DNA of 47,488 nucleotides from Octopus sinensis (taxonomy: Eukaryota), in assembly GCF_006345805.1 (NCBI RefSeq), contig NW_021834434.1, forward strand, positions 1 through 47,488, written 5' to 3'. The notes beneath the pieces are model-generated. The model did no database searches. It saw only the letters and a program-made list of their open reading frames with translations, and had not been told where the DNA came from. The stretch's first letter is position 1; every line of letters begins with the position of its first letter. Of the stretch, positions 1 through 12,464 are shown in pieces. The translations under genes were made by a program, and so were the position numbers.

Positions 1-187
1 GTATATTCTATACTCCAGTTGGTGTTTAATGGCTCTGGATTGTCTTGTGACTTGCAGTTTTGTTCGGTCAGTCGACTGTAGATGCGAGCAAGCTTGAAAG
101 TAATAAAATGACATCGTAATTCTTTCCTACCTCACATAAATTAACATATATAAACATATATAATGCACTACACACCATGAATCGCTT

Positions 188-362
188 TTATGCTTTTGTA
201 CCACATGAGCGAAAAAAATTATATATAATGTATGTATGCGCGTGTTGTGTGTATTTGCGTATGTATGCAAGTATGTCTGTCTGTGTGCGCGCGTGTACGT
301 GTGCGAATGTAAGTATGTGTGTATGTAGGTAAATAGATAGATAAGTAGATAGATAGATAGAC

Positions 363-396
<34 letters not shown>

Positions 397-728
397 ATAG
401 GTAGGTAGATAGGTAGGTAGGTAGCGTGTATGTGTTTATATGCATGAGTATGCTTGTGTATATTTAGATGACAATATCTTATAAACAATAAACAAATGCA
501 TTAATAGATACACATGAATGCGCGCGCAACACACACAACCCCTCCCCCAGACACACTCACACACATTCATATCCCCACCTTTACCTCAACCAACACAGAT
601 GACTATTTATATATATACACACACATACATATATGTGTGTATGTGTGCGTATATATAATATATATATATATATATGAATATATGTATGTATGTATATGTA
701 TGTATATATATATATATATATGTATGTA

Positions 729-773
<45 letters not shown>

Positions 774-855
774 ATATATATATATATATATGTATATATA
801 TACGTGTGTGTATTTATGTTTGCATATCATGTGTGCGTGTGTCTATCTATCTATC

Positions 856-919
<64 letters not shown>

Positions 920-1205
920 AATCTATCAATCTGTATCTATATATATATATTATGTATATATAGGTAGTGAACATATTTCATGCACATAAACTTCTATAAA
1001 AGCTTTGGTAACACACGAACATACATGTACATAATATATACTTAAACACTTACATAATTGTTCGTGCGCGTACTGACAAGCATAAAAGACTTACGCCGCG
1101 ATCGCACACAAGCCGAGACACAGCCACGAAAACACGCAAACGCACACGCGCCAGCACACACACACACACATACACTCACATACACATTCACACATGCATA
1201 CACTT
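188..1205. repeat. Compound microsatellite block (TAGA)n, (TA)n, (TATC)n, (CA)n
   Basis: Visible tandem 2-4 nt repeats; the overlapping ORFs are repeat translations (IYLS, YI, HT). Confidence 0.95.
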
Positions 1206-1936
1206 TAACCGTAGAAAATTGGCAAAGTATAGTTGTGTCAATTCAGAATAAATTAGAAAGAAATGGCTATTTCGGAAACATTTCTTTTCGGAAAAATCTT
1301 TTGTGTGAGACCGGAAGTAAGAGTAATATTAATTTGTGCGCATTCTTCATCTTTATTTTTATTTTTATTCCTCGTTGGCTCCACATCGGTAAAGAGATCG
1401 TCAAAGTGTGTGGATCCTGCAGCAGAAGCATTGATTAAAGTTAAAAAAATAAATGGAAGCGATTAAACAAGATTGAAGACAGGGATAGCTGCTACGAAAA
1501 TTCTCATTTCTTTGCTTATTTCCGGGAACTTTTAGAGCTTAGTTCCGTAGAGAATTTCCAAGTTAGTGGTGAAGTCTATTCAGTTTTGTTCAATGTTAGC
1601 AACATCCGCTCATTATAGAGGCATATCGAATATTTCTCGTTTGTTACAAAAATAAAAGAGCAAACTTGTCTCTTTTCGAAATAGACAACTCATCTTTCCT
1701 TTTATTCCAAACTATCGTTTATGATGCTATTTATCATAAGCCTTTTACAATAAAATGTTTCTCCGTTCCGCACGGGACAACTTTCGCCATTGAAGGTTAT
1801 AAGAATATATTACTTCCGGTCATAAATGCAAAAGAACGGGAAATCGCGAAAATCAAGTTGCTTACCATTATGTTATATATGCACATCCAGGCCGCACTCT
1901 CTCTCTGTCTCTCTCCCTGTCTCTCTCTCCCTCTCT

Positions 1937-1985
<49 letters not shown>

Positions 1986-3074
1986 CTTCTATTCATCGGC
2001 CTGCTCACTTTGCATTACGACCTATATTCTGACACTGTAATTAATCATTCGATACTCGTGACCTCGAATCCTGTCTTTTAACAGACAAACTATATGAGCT
2101 TTATTTCCGCTGATGACGTCACTGATGACCGCAACAATTCTTTTCGCCGATTGCGGGCCATCCAATTGTTCATGGTTATTTTGTCACAGTAAATACACAA
2201 CGTTAGTTGTTGATATCACAAGCGACATCAATTTATATCTCTTTATCCGGTTCTCCTGTAATATTAATGGTAATCTTTGCTAACTTCAACACTAAGTCGC
2301 TCATCATTATCACCCAAACAATTACCTGCAACATTCATTTGTTGCGTTGCTCCCCCCCCCCCACACACATCGCCTCCTCCCCTGGCACTTATCTCTCATT
2401 CTTTCCTTTTCGCTTTTCCTCTTACTTTCACACTTTTTATTAACATTTTTTTTCTCTCTTTTTCCTCTTTCTAAATATGAAAATCTTGATATAGAATCAC
2501 GACCGTACTGCTAGGTTTAGCGACAACAATAGGAATGTTGGAATTCTAAGTATGAGATGCAGAATACTTTATTTAACTAGAATTCATGAGATGAAATCGA
2601 TTTTATTCGGAATAAACAGCCGTGGTTGTTTAGACGAAGTGGGTGGCGTGGTCGAAGACAAGGAATCGTAGGAGACAAAGTACACTTCATGTTTAACACT
2701 GTCTAACAGCACAGAGAGATATTACCATGTTCTTTAAGCACCATGCCGAATTTTCAAAGTGTCACACACACATACACACACACACTGTAGGTTAGCTAAA
2801 ATATGGTTGTGACATATTTTAACCTCTAAGGGCAAATTCACTGCATTTTGCCGTGGAGAAGAAATTTTCACTTTTGGTAGAAGAAGTAAAAGATCTTTAC
2901 CTGCTCAATGTTTCCCCTCTAGTGGACTCCTGGACATTGTAGCTTTATCTTAGAACAGCCAATAATATTAGTGACTGAGTTGCGTTTGTGGACCGCCTGA
3001 TCAGATATTTACAGGAATGGCAGCGTTAAGCAGTTATGAGGAACAAATGAATCCTCAACAATGCTTAGCCCCGT

Positions 3075-3126
<52 letters not shown>

Positions 3127-3240
3127 GAATTTGCCTGAATATGTTATTGATTCCAATTTTATCTACATTGGAGAAAAGGCAAAGTTAAGTTTGGCTGGAT
3201 ATCAACCATCCTGTATAGAGAATAAACTAAATATGGGAAA

Positions 3241-3508
3241 GACGGCGAGCTGGCAGAAACGTTAGCGCACCGGGCGAAATGCTTAGCAGTATTGCGTCTG
3301 TCATTGCGTTCTGAGTTCAAATTCTGCCGAGGTCGACTTTGCCTTTCATCCTTTTGGGGTCGATTAAATAAGTACCAGTTACGAACTGGGGTCGATATAA
3401 TTGACTTAATCCGTGTGTGTGTCCTTGTTTGTCCTCTCTGTGTTTAGCCCCTTGTGGGTAGTAAAGAAATAGGTATTTCGTCTGCCGTTACGTTCTGAGT
3501 TCAAATTC
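3241..3508 (+). mobile_element. tRNA-derived SINE family B: full unit with tail plus start of a second head-truncated unit
   Basis: Head GGCGAGCTGGCAGAAACGTTAG, B-box GAGTTCAAATTC, body GAGGTCGACTTTGCCTTTCATCC, tail ...GTAGTAAAGAAATAG, then restart at GTATTTCGTCTGCC (3473). More than 10 homologues occur in the window. Confidence 0.9.
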
Positions 3509-3620
3509 AGTCCCACTGCGTGGCACCTTGGACAAGTGTCTTCTACTATTGCCTCGGGCTGACCAAAGCGTTGTGAGTGTATTAGGTAGACGGAAACTGG
3601 AAGAAGTCTGTCGTATATTT
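3509..3620 (+). mobile_element. SINE family A (CORE-like), 5' part from the B-box
   Basis: AGTCCCACTGCGTGGCACCTTGGACAAGTGTCTT...GTAGACGGAAACTG matches copies at 24309, 35690 and 46605-47000; ACCTTGGGCAAGT resembles the CORE/MIR block. Confidence 0.85.
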
Positions 3621-3624
3621 AAAA

Positions 3625-4717
3625 AACATTTTGTAGTTTCAGCTGTGGCCATGCAACTACAGCACCACCGTTTTGCTACACTGTTATTACTGAGATCCTT
3701 CTCTAATATGTGGCACTTGGTGTACAATGGATTTTGATGTAGCTACCCTTATTTGCACCTCTTGCCATGAGATAGGTTAATTTGGGACTCTCGACAGGAA
3801 GATTTAAAAACGCCTACATCTACTTTGTGTATATTCCTCAGGCTCTTTGGGAGAATATTAAAAAGCTGTGAGACCCTGAAATCTAGGCTGTTGCAGTAAC
3901 TGGTCCCGAAGCGCGATGGTATTGCTGGGATTTTTTGGCACTGTGCAATGTCGTCCCGTTCTGGCATTGGTGTAGCTTTCATTGCCAAACTTTAGCACAA
4001 TTCCTTCCAGGATCTTCCAGATATATATTATTGCATACCTCTCCCGCCTTCGCTCCAGGGAGTAGAGTCTTAACTGTTTCAGCCTTTTCCAGTAGCTGAG
4101 CTGTTAATTTTACTGTTGGGTGACCATAGCTGGGAGCAGTAACCCAATAAGCTGGGGACTTCCAGAAGACCATCATGGTTTCCTTATCTCTGGTTCTAAA
4201 TGTTCTTAGGATCCATCCAGCCACTCATCTGCACTTTGTCGCCATCCTGGTAATGTGCACTTGGAAAGAGGTATCATCACTCATGTCGATACCCAGGTCT
4301 CTCACTGATTTAGGCTCTGGGATTGTAATTCCCTGTGGACCAGTGTACCCTGTAAGTTTCATATTCAGTTTTGGACACTAGTAGCGCAGGGCTTGGAATT
4401 TTTCAGCATTAAACTGCATATTATAATCCTCAGCCCATCTGTAAATTGAGTCCAACTCCTGCTGCAAATGTGCAACATCGCTGGGGTTCTGAATTTTCTG
4501 CTAGACGTTCGTATCGTCTGCGTAGCTAGCAAGGGTGGCTATCCAGGCGGTTGAGGGCATATCTGAGAGGGCCACTATGAAAAGCAGTGAACCCAAGACA
4601 GTGCCCTGTGGAACACCGCTCACTATTTGTGTTTTCATTGAGGTGAGCCATAGGCCAATACTGCCTGACTTCTATCTTTCAGAAAGTCATGTAACCACTC
4701 TCCAAGTTTTCCAGCTA
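3625..4717 (-). mobile_element. 3' fragment of a CR1/L2-group LINE (RT and C-terminus), decayed
   Basis: Minus-strand translation gives [59 protein letters not shown], with stops and frameshifts. Confidence 0.85.
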
Positions 4718-4815
4718 TATATATATGTATGTATATATGTATGTATGTATGATGCATGTATGTATGTATGTATGTATGTATGTATGTATGTATGTATGTA
4801 TACATAAATATATAT

Positions 4816-4867
<52 letters not shown>

Positions 4868-4919
4868 TATATAGGTATGTATGTATGTAGTATGTATGTA
4901 TGTATGTATGTATGTATGC

Positions 4920-5135
4920 ATGTGTGTCGTTTTTGCCCCCCGCAACATCGCTTGACAACCGATGCTGGTGTGTTTACGTCCCCGTAACTTAGCGGTTTGG
5001 CAAAAGAGACCGATAGAATAAGTATTAGGCTTACAGTGAATAAACTCTGGGGTCAATTTGCTCGACTAAAGGTGGTGCTCCAGCATGGCCGCAGTCAGAT
5101 GACTGAAACAAGTAAAAGAGAGTAAAAGAAAAAGA
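4920..5135 (+). mobile_element. SINE family A, 3' part
   Basis: CATCGCTTGACAACCGATGCTGG...GGTGCTCCAGCATGGCCGCAGTC..ACTGAAACAAGTAAAAGAG; completes the 5' part at 3509-3620. Confidence 0.9.
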
Positions 5136-5565
5136 GATGAGTACACATACCACAAAGGAGGCAACCAATCAAACACTTAGCAAAGCGAATGTACAAAGGA
5201 TTAACTTATGTCAAATTACATCGTTTCATCAACGCCGTATAAGTGATCATTCCGTATTGCGATCCTGAAACAAATACTTAAAACGAAGTTAATATCTCTG
5301 TTTCAAAAATCGTTGAGTGTTTATTGAAGATGCAAAGAAATAGCTGTTATTTCCAGGAAGTCGAGTAATCACATACATACTTCCTTTGTGGGTCGTTTCG
5401 AAGCATAAGGATTCTAGTATTAAATTACCAACATGTTTTGTCCTTGTTTCTCTTTAATCAGTAGTATGTGATTTGGTGGCGATTTGTTTGCTATGTCTGG
5501 CAATTTGTGCATCCATGTAAAAGGCTACTTTTTAACCCGGAGTTTCGATATATTTCTAACAACGA

Positions 5566-5735
5566 AGTCGGCGAGCTTGCAGAATCGTTAGCACGCCGGA
5601 CAAAATGCTTAGCAGCATTTCGTCCGTCTGAGTTCAAATTTCGCCGAGGATACTTTATCTTTCCTTTCGGAGTTGATAAAATAAATACTAGTAGATGTAA
5701 TAGACTTAGCCCACTTCACCGAAAATTCTGTTCTT
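5566..5735 (+). mobile_element. SINE family B copy
   Basis: GGCGAGCTTGCAGAATCGTTAGCACGCCGG...GAGTTCAAATTTCGCCGAGG. Confidence 0.85.
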
Positions 5736-6003
5736 GTGGATCCCTACAAATGGACATTTATGATGATTACAAGCGGAAAGTACTTTCCAGACACAAAGAG
5801 GTTCTCGGAAATGTTAGTGGCATATAAATATCTCATTTTGAATTAAAGGTACGATAACTCAGACAAGCTTCAATGCGGTGTCTATCTGCTCAATTTGAAT
5901 GACAAGCCTTGGATTCATCTGAGGCTATGTTAAAAGCACTTGCCCAAGGCACCGCCTGAGGTCGAAGCGAACTATTTAACTGTAAAGTCATTCTCTCCAG
6001 ACG

Positions 6004-6067
<64 letters not shown>

Positions 6068-6111
6068 GTTGTTTGTGTTTGTTTGTATACATACAAATAC
6101 ATATGCACATA

Positions 6112-6255
6112 TGTCTTTACGTTTTGAGTTCAAATTCATTTCACCTTTCGTCTTTTCGGGGTTGATAAAATAAAAACTGAATATTGGGGGTCGGTGTAAT
6201 CGACTTACCATCCTCCCTCGAAATTTCTAGCCGAGCCAATATTCGAAACCAATAT
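6112..6255 (+). mobile_element. SINE family B copy (head-truncated)
   Basis: TTTACGTTTTGAGTTCAAATTC...GGGGTTGATAAAATAA...GGGGTCGGTGTAATCGACTT. Confidence 0.8.
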
Positions 6256-6719
6256 CTAAAATGCGGGTCCCAACAAATAGACATTTATAACGATCACAAG
6301 CGGAAAGTGCTTTCCAGATACAAAGAGCTTCTGGGAAGTGCCTCAGACGTATAAACATACAATCCAGGAAAAATGCCCCATCACTGGAATTTAGATATTA
6401 TTTTCAACTACGTAGTGATATATGTTACTCATGATGATGACGTTTTTATTGCAGTTGCCATTATTGCTTTTGCAGTTTTTCTTATCCTTTTGTTGTCTAG
6501 CATCTATCAGATCTGATCACGAAATTCTTTGCGTAAAGCCATTATACCGTTATTATAACGCCGTTTTTCGCATTTTATTTTTTGTCTGTTTTTTCTTGTT
6601 GTGACGTATAAGCTTCCATACATATGTATATGGATTCACACACGCTCATGCATATGTATTTGTAAGAGCATATTTGCATGGCGCTGCATGCTTGTAATTG
6701 TACAAACGGATGAATAAAT

Positions 6720-6926
6720 GACCATCATCATCACCATCACCACCACCACCACCACTACTAAATACAGACATATTTGTATATGTGTGTGTATGTATGTGCG
6801 CATGCGTGTAAATGTGTGCATGTATGTGTCTACATATCTATCTATCTATCTATCTATCAATCTATCTATTTATCTATCTATCTATATATCTATCTATCTA
6901 TCTATCATTCTATCTATCTATCTATC

Positions 6927-6986
<60 letters not shown>

Positions 6987-7055
6987 AATCAATCTGTCTA
7001 TCTATTTATCTATCTATCTATCTAGAGATAGATATATTGCTATGCATATAATCAT

Positions 7056-7111
<56 letters not shown>

Positions 7112-7135
7112 GTATGTGTATGTATGTATATATAC
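6720..7135. repeat. Compound microsatellite (CAC)n, (TATC)n, (CA)n, (TA)n
   Basis: Direct inspection; (TATC)n runs from about 6836 to 7022. Confidence 0.95.
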
Positions 7136-7204
7136 AATACTTTATTATCTCCCTTCTTCGTAGCTCTCCTGTGTGACCCCTCTGTCCGGCATTCGCCATG
7201 ATAG

Positions 7205-7387
7205 ATCGCTAGCCACTACACATTCTTTATTTTCGGTCCTTGTTTATTTTTGTATTCCTTGCTGTGGAAGGGCGTAGGCTCGAATCGTTAAAGACTTTTT
7301 CCACTTCCCGAGCGTTAAACTAATATATTTCTTTGTTTTCTACACCACCTGTCTTCGTCTTTGTGTTTTTTTGTGAATTCTCCCCTA
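7205..7387 (+). mobile_element. Hammerhead-motif repeat family H1, copy 1 (degenerate)
   Basis: CTGTGGAAGGGCGTAGGCTCGAATCGTTAAAGAC followed by about 100 nt homologous to copies at 8242, 11237, 17400 and 39660. Confidence 0.7.
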
Positions 7388-8136
7388 TTTTCATCATTTT
7401 AATGTTTATATATTCATATAACGGTGCACATACACTTTTGCTCACCTTATAGTATGCATGTATCTAAATTTCGTACGATTCTTTTACTGTCTTTTAGTTC
7501 CCCTCCTACTTTCCTCCTCTTTTCTGGCTCCCCCTCTTTCACATTTCTGGCTCCTCTCTCTCACATTTCCTGACCCTCTCTTTCTTTAACTCCTACTTTT
7601 CCTCCTCATTTGTCTCCCCTGTACCGTTCCCTTTGTCTCTTTAATTTTTTCTAATCCCTCAATCGCGTTGCCCCTACTCCTCCCTCCTCCTTCCACGTGA
7701 TCGGTGTTCGGTCAGCCACGATCTTTCTTTCTTGGTTTGACTGCTGACCGCCAACAACTCTTATGTCTATCCCCTGTGTTCCTGCCTTAAGGCTTTCTCT
7801 TGATACACGCCAGTTCAATCTGATTCGTCCTCAGTTGAAAGATACCTTTTGTTCTATTCTTGTTGTTTGTATTTGTAATTGTGTACCATGTTCTCTGTTT
7901 TTTTGTCTTTGTTCTCGTACACATTCGCATGCTTTCTTATAAAAAAAAATCAAATGCTCTAACAGTCTCAACTGTAACTACCTGAAACTGTAGGGATATC
8001 TGATAACTTGACTGAGGAAAGAAAGCCACGAATGACCCGTCCATTTTTCCTGTTCCTCTAATTGTTTTTCCTGTCCGCTCTTGTATTGTCTATCTGTCCG
8101 CATGTTTTATTGTCCTCTGTTGCGTTTTTGTCCCAT

Positions 8137-8196
<60 letters not shown>

Positions 8197-8214
8197 TATA
8201 TATAATATACATAT

Positions 8215-8372
8215 ATTGTTTCTCTCCTTTTTTCTGTCTCCCTTTCTGTAGAAGAGCGTAGGCTCGAAACGTAAAAGACTTTTTCTATTCCTGAGCGTTA
8301 AACTAATACATCTGTTTGTTTTGTACGCCACCTGTCTTCGTCTTTTGTTGTTTTTTTCGTAAACTCTCCCTA
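8215..8372 (+). mobile_element. Repeat family H1, copy 2, ending in (TA)n; probably Penelope-like-element derived
   Basis: Homologous to the other four copies; carries the hammerhead-like motif at 8242-8277. Confidence 0.7.
8242..8277 (+). ncRNA. Minimal type I hammerhead ribozyme-like motif with non-canonical U at core position 6
   Basis: cttt-CUGUAGA-A-GAGC gtag GCUC-GAAAC-GUA-aaag: stem I cttt/aaag, stem II GAGC/GCUC, palindromic ACGU stem III. Confidence 0.6.
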
Positions 8373-8441
8373 TATATATATATATATATATATATAGGGA
8401 GAATTTTATATATATATATGTATACATATAGACATACAGAG

Positions 8442-8582
<141 letters not shown>

Positions 8583-9089
8583 AATATGCGTGTAAATGCA
8601 CCACACACGCGCACCACACACACACTTACACATACGCATACGCGCACACACACACACACAAATATTTAAGGTATCATATGTATAAATGAGCATGTAATTT
8701 ATGTGCAGCAGAGAAAAGGAAAGGAGAAAAAAAACACAATGAAGTCAGTTATCTCCAATACATGGCTCGGAGGAAACATGAAACGATTATAAATATAAGT
8801 AAATGATATAGTTTATAGTCTGATGGAACGATACGGTCATAAATTTTCTAATTTATCTTTCATTTGCTATTCATTCGGTGATAAGCAACTAATTTAATCA
8901 AAGATTTAACGACAGTAAGTTCGCTGTACTTATTGATTAATGGATGAAGAAGAGCGTTGCCAGCTTAATGAGACTTCTCCATAAGATTGATTGTTTTTAT
9001 ATAAACAATTTATTATGGCGAAATTGCTTCATTCGTTATACCGTTTAATATGATCGCCGATAATCATAAGAAAATCTACTGAGATATTA

Positions 9090-9092
9090 CCA

Positions 9093-9127
<35 letters not shown>

Positions 9128-9135
9128 GATTATTA

Positions 9136-9192
<57 letters not shown>

Positions 9193-9244
9193 GATTATTA
9201 TTATTATTATTATGATTATTATTATTATTATTATTATTATTATG

Positions 9245-9327
<83 letters not shown>

Positions 9328-9361
9328 TATTATTATCATCATCATCATCATCATCATCATT

Positions 9362-9445
<84 letters not shown>

Positions 9446-9580
9446 TATTATTATTATTAGTAGTAGTAGTAATAGTAGTAGCAGTATTTTTATCCTTATT
9501 ATTATCATTATTGTTGTTGTTGTTATTATTATTATTATCATCATTGTTATTATTATTGTTGTTGTTGTTGTTGTTATGTA
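9090..9580. repeat. Compound trinucleotide microsatellite (TAT)n-(CAT)n-(TAT)n-(TAG)n-(TGT)n
   Basis: Direct inspection; source of the poly-N/D/I/M ORFs. Confidence 0.95.
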
Positions 9581-9928
9581 CGTAGATATACATATATAAG
9601 TAGCTGGCTTGATACGGAAATGTAAATATGTATATATGTTTATATGGATATATGCATATGCACACATACAAAGTGATATTATAATATTTATGATATGTGT
9701 AGATATTTATGCATAAATCAATAGGTGTGTGTACATACGTGTGTCATTATGTGTGTTGCAAGCATATATATATATATATACACGAATATACATACAACGA
9801 TGTATGTATGTATATTTATGCATATATATACACACATATATATATGTGTGTGTGTATATATGTATATCTATGCATATATATACATGTGTGTGTGTGTGTG
9901 TGTGTGTATGTATATATATATATATGTC

Positions 9929-10004
<76 letters not shown>

Positions 10005-10374
10005 TATATATATATATATACATATATATACACATATACATACGCACATATGGATAGATGAATGGCTGTGTATGTGTGTGAGAGAGGGACAGAGTGAGAG
10101 AGTGAGGGGAAATAGTGCGCGTGCGTATGTAGTACATGTAAATAGTTCTGCAACATCCCTTCATGCTTCTGTTTGGGATTTCAGACTCATCAATCACCGA
10201 CAGATTCTGCTGCAGTTGCTGAAGGAGTGCTACGTATGTAGCGAATCAGAGGCCGTTACTAGCAATCGAGGAGGATTTCTTAGTATGAACGGTGCTTTCA
10301 CCAATAGTTTTAAATTGCAATATAGCCGCGATCCACTTCAAACATTCTCTCAGGCAATCTGAATTTGTTATATT

Positions 10375-10530
10375 AAGGCGGCGACCCTTGGCCGCATTTC
10401 GTCCGTCTTTACATTCTGTGTTAAAATTCGACGAGATTGGTTTTTGCCTTTCATTCTTTCAGGGTTGATAAAACAAGTACCAGGTGAGCACTGAAAGTGC
10501 TGGCGTTGAGACAAAATTTGAAACCAATCG
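10375..10530 (+). mobile_element. SINE family B copy (internally deleted)
   Basis: AAGGCGGCG...GCATTTCGTCCGTCTTTAC...GGGTTGATAAAACAAGTACCAG...AAAATTTGAAACCAA. Confidence 0.75.
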
Positions 10531-10619
10531 GAAGTTGTCATCAATATCGATCTGGTTGCTCGTACGACTGTCCTGCTGCGTTATATGGAGCTTTGCCCTT
10601 AGGGGCGTAGTGAGGGAAG

Positions 10620-10960
10620 ACATCTTTCTTTCTTCTTTATGCCTTTAACCCTCAACGCGGAGGGCCACTTATAGTTGAATTCCATGTCACAAAATTTTTC
10701 GCTTCTGTACTTATACTCTGCCATGGATGTCCCCCTTTCTCTAGTTCCTTTTGTGTTCATCTACGCCACGAGTTCTTAGGCCTACATCTCTTTCTATATC
10801 CATCCGGTTTCCACTGTAAAGCACTTTTCACTACATTTGGTGTGTCTTTTCTAATTGTGCTACCAATCCACTTCCACTTTTTCTTAAATATTTACGAAAA
10901 CACTGATAGAGGGAAGACATACTGCATGAAAATTGCTGGTTTTTTTATATCATCCTGATC
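10620..10960 (-). mobile_element. 3' fragment of an RTE-clade LINE
   Basis: Minus translation KKKWKWIGSTIRKDTPNVVKSALQWKP / RPKNSWRR / ELEKGGHPWQ matches the typical RTE ORF C-terminus. Confidence 0.75.
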
Positions 10961-11039
10961 TAGGCTTTACACCCTGACTGAGGTTGTATAATTGAAAGAA
11001 AGAAAAAAAAATATGTGACTTCATCATTGATGCACCGAG

Positions 11040-11700
11040 GCTGTTTTGCTACCGCAGAGTTTCGGATTCAGTCCCACTACTCGGCACCTTGGGCCGACCA
11101 ATGCCTTGTGAGTGAATTTGGTTGATGGATACTGTATGGAAACCCGATGTATTCATGTGTGTGTATATGTGCGTGCGTCGTATGCGCACGCTAAATCCAC
11201 AAGTTTTTTTTTCTCTCTGTTTATTTTCTTATATTCCTTTCTGCTGAAGAGCGTACGCTCGAAACATAAAAGACATTCTCACTTTCTCAAACGTCAAGCT
11301 AATACACCTGCTTGTTATTCATACACCTGTCTTCGTCTTTTGTTTGTCTGTAAATTTCAACTCTCTCTCTTTCTCCCTCTCCCTCTCTCTTTCTATCTCT
11401 CCCCTCTCTTCTTTCTCTCCCCTCTCTCTCTTTCTCATCCTCTCTACATACATGTATAAATATGTGTGTGTGATTTTGTTCTGTGTTTGCCCCCTCTCCT
11501 AGAGCTCAACAACCGGTATTGGTTTGTTTACGTACCCGTAACATAGCACTCCAGCAAGAGAATAAACACCGAGAAGAGAAGTACCACACTTCAAAGAAAC
11601 AAAGAAAAGGAAGTGTTGGCATCGATTTGTTCGACTAAGACCCCTCATGGCGTTACTCCAGCATGGTCGCATTGAAGCAACTGAAAAAGTAAAAAGAAAA
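11040..11700 (+). mobile_element. Decayed SINE family A (5' part about 11040-11170, 3' part about 11480-11700) interrupted by H1 copy 3
   Basis: GGATTCAGTCCCACT...GGCCGACCAATGCCTTGTGAGT and ACAACCGGTATTGGTTTGTTTACG...CCAGCATGGTCGC...GTAAAAAG. Confidence 0.75.
11215..11365 (+). mobile_element. Repeat family H1, copy 3 (hammerhead-like motif 11237-11272)
   Basis: cttt-CUGCUGA-A-GAGC gtac GCUC-GAAAC-AUA-aaag plus the family 3' flank. Confidence 0.7.
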
Positions 11701-11759
11701 CTCAGAACTTATTGCAACACCAGTGGCAACTCTTTTCCACTCCATAAAGTCCGAAATGT

Positions 11760-12297
11760 TTCGGGATTAGATCAACCCCAGTACGCAATTGGTACTTAAT
11801 TTATCGACCTCGAAAAGATGAAAGGCAAAGTCGACCGCGGTGGAATTTGAACTCAGAACGTAATGACAGACGGAATACCGTTAAGCATTTCGCCCAGCAT
11901 ACTAACATTTATTTCTTTACTACCCACAACGGGCATAGAGAGGACAAACAAGAACAGACAAAGCAGTTAAGTCGATTACATCGACTCCAGTGCTTAACTG
12001 GTACTTAATTTATCGACCTCGGCGGCATTTGAACTCAGAACGTAGCGGCAGACGGAAATACCTATTTCTTTACTACCCACAAGGGGCTAAACACAGAGAG
12101 GACAAACAAGGACAGACAAACGGATTAAGTCGATTATATCGACCCCAGTGCGTAATTGGTACTTATTTAATCGACCCCGAAAGGATGAAAGGCAAAGTCG
12201 ACCTCGGCGGAATTTGAACTCAGAACGTAGCGGCAGACGAAATACCGCAAAGCATTTCGCGCAGCGTGCTAACGCTTTTGCCAGCTCGTCGCCTTAA
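11760..12297 (-). mobile_element. SINE family B trimer (head-to-tail)
   Basis: Full unit about 12297-12062; head-truncated, internally deleted unit about 12061-11905; third unit about 11904-11760 without tail. Confidence 0.9.
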
Positions 12298-12407
12298 CGT
12301 CAGAGGCAACTCTAACAAAGCGTGCTGAAATGCGCCTGCCCAAAAAAGCACAGGGAAAAAGAGCAACTGTACTTTGGTATCCGAGTCCATGATGTTAGCT
12401 TTCGCAG

Positions 12408-12464
12408 TGGCTATGAGCAGCCAGACCTAACCAAACACAATCCCATAGTGATTCTGTTTGTGGA
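12408..12464 (+). CDS. Candidate 57-nt internal exon of an unidentified host gene (GYEQPDLTKHNPIVILFV)
   Basis: Acceptor ttagctttcgcAG, donor GA|GTAAGT, length a multiple of 3, open frame in non-repetitive sequence; all three minus frames are closed here. No homology recognised. Confidence 0.3.

Noticed and set aside
1250-1500. Minus-strand signal-peptide-like ORF MRIFVAAIPVFNLV*SLPFIFLTLINASAAG...
   Set aside because: In-frame stop within the putative leader and no convincing splice sites.
10644-10655. TTAACCCT as a piggyBac left end
   Set aside because: It lies within the 3' end of the minus-strand RTE fragment and has no matching right end.
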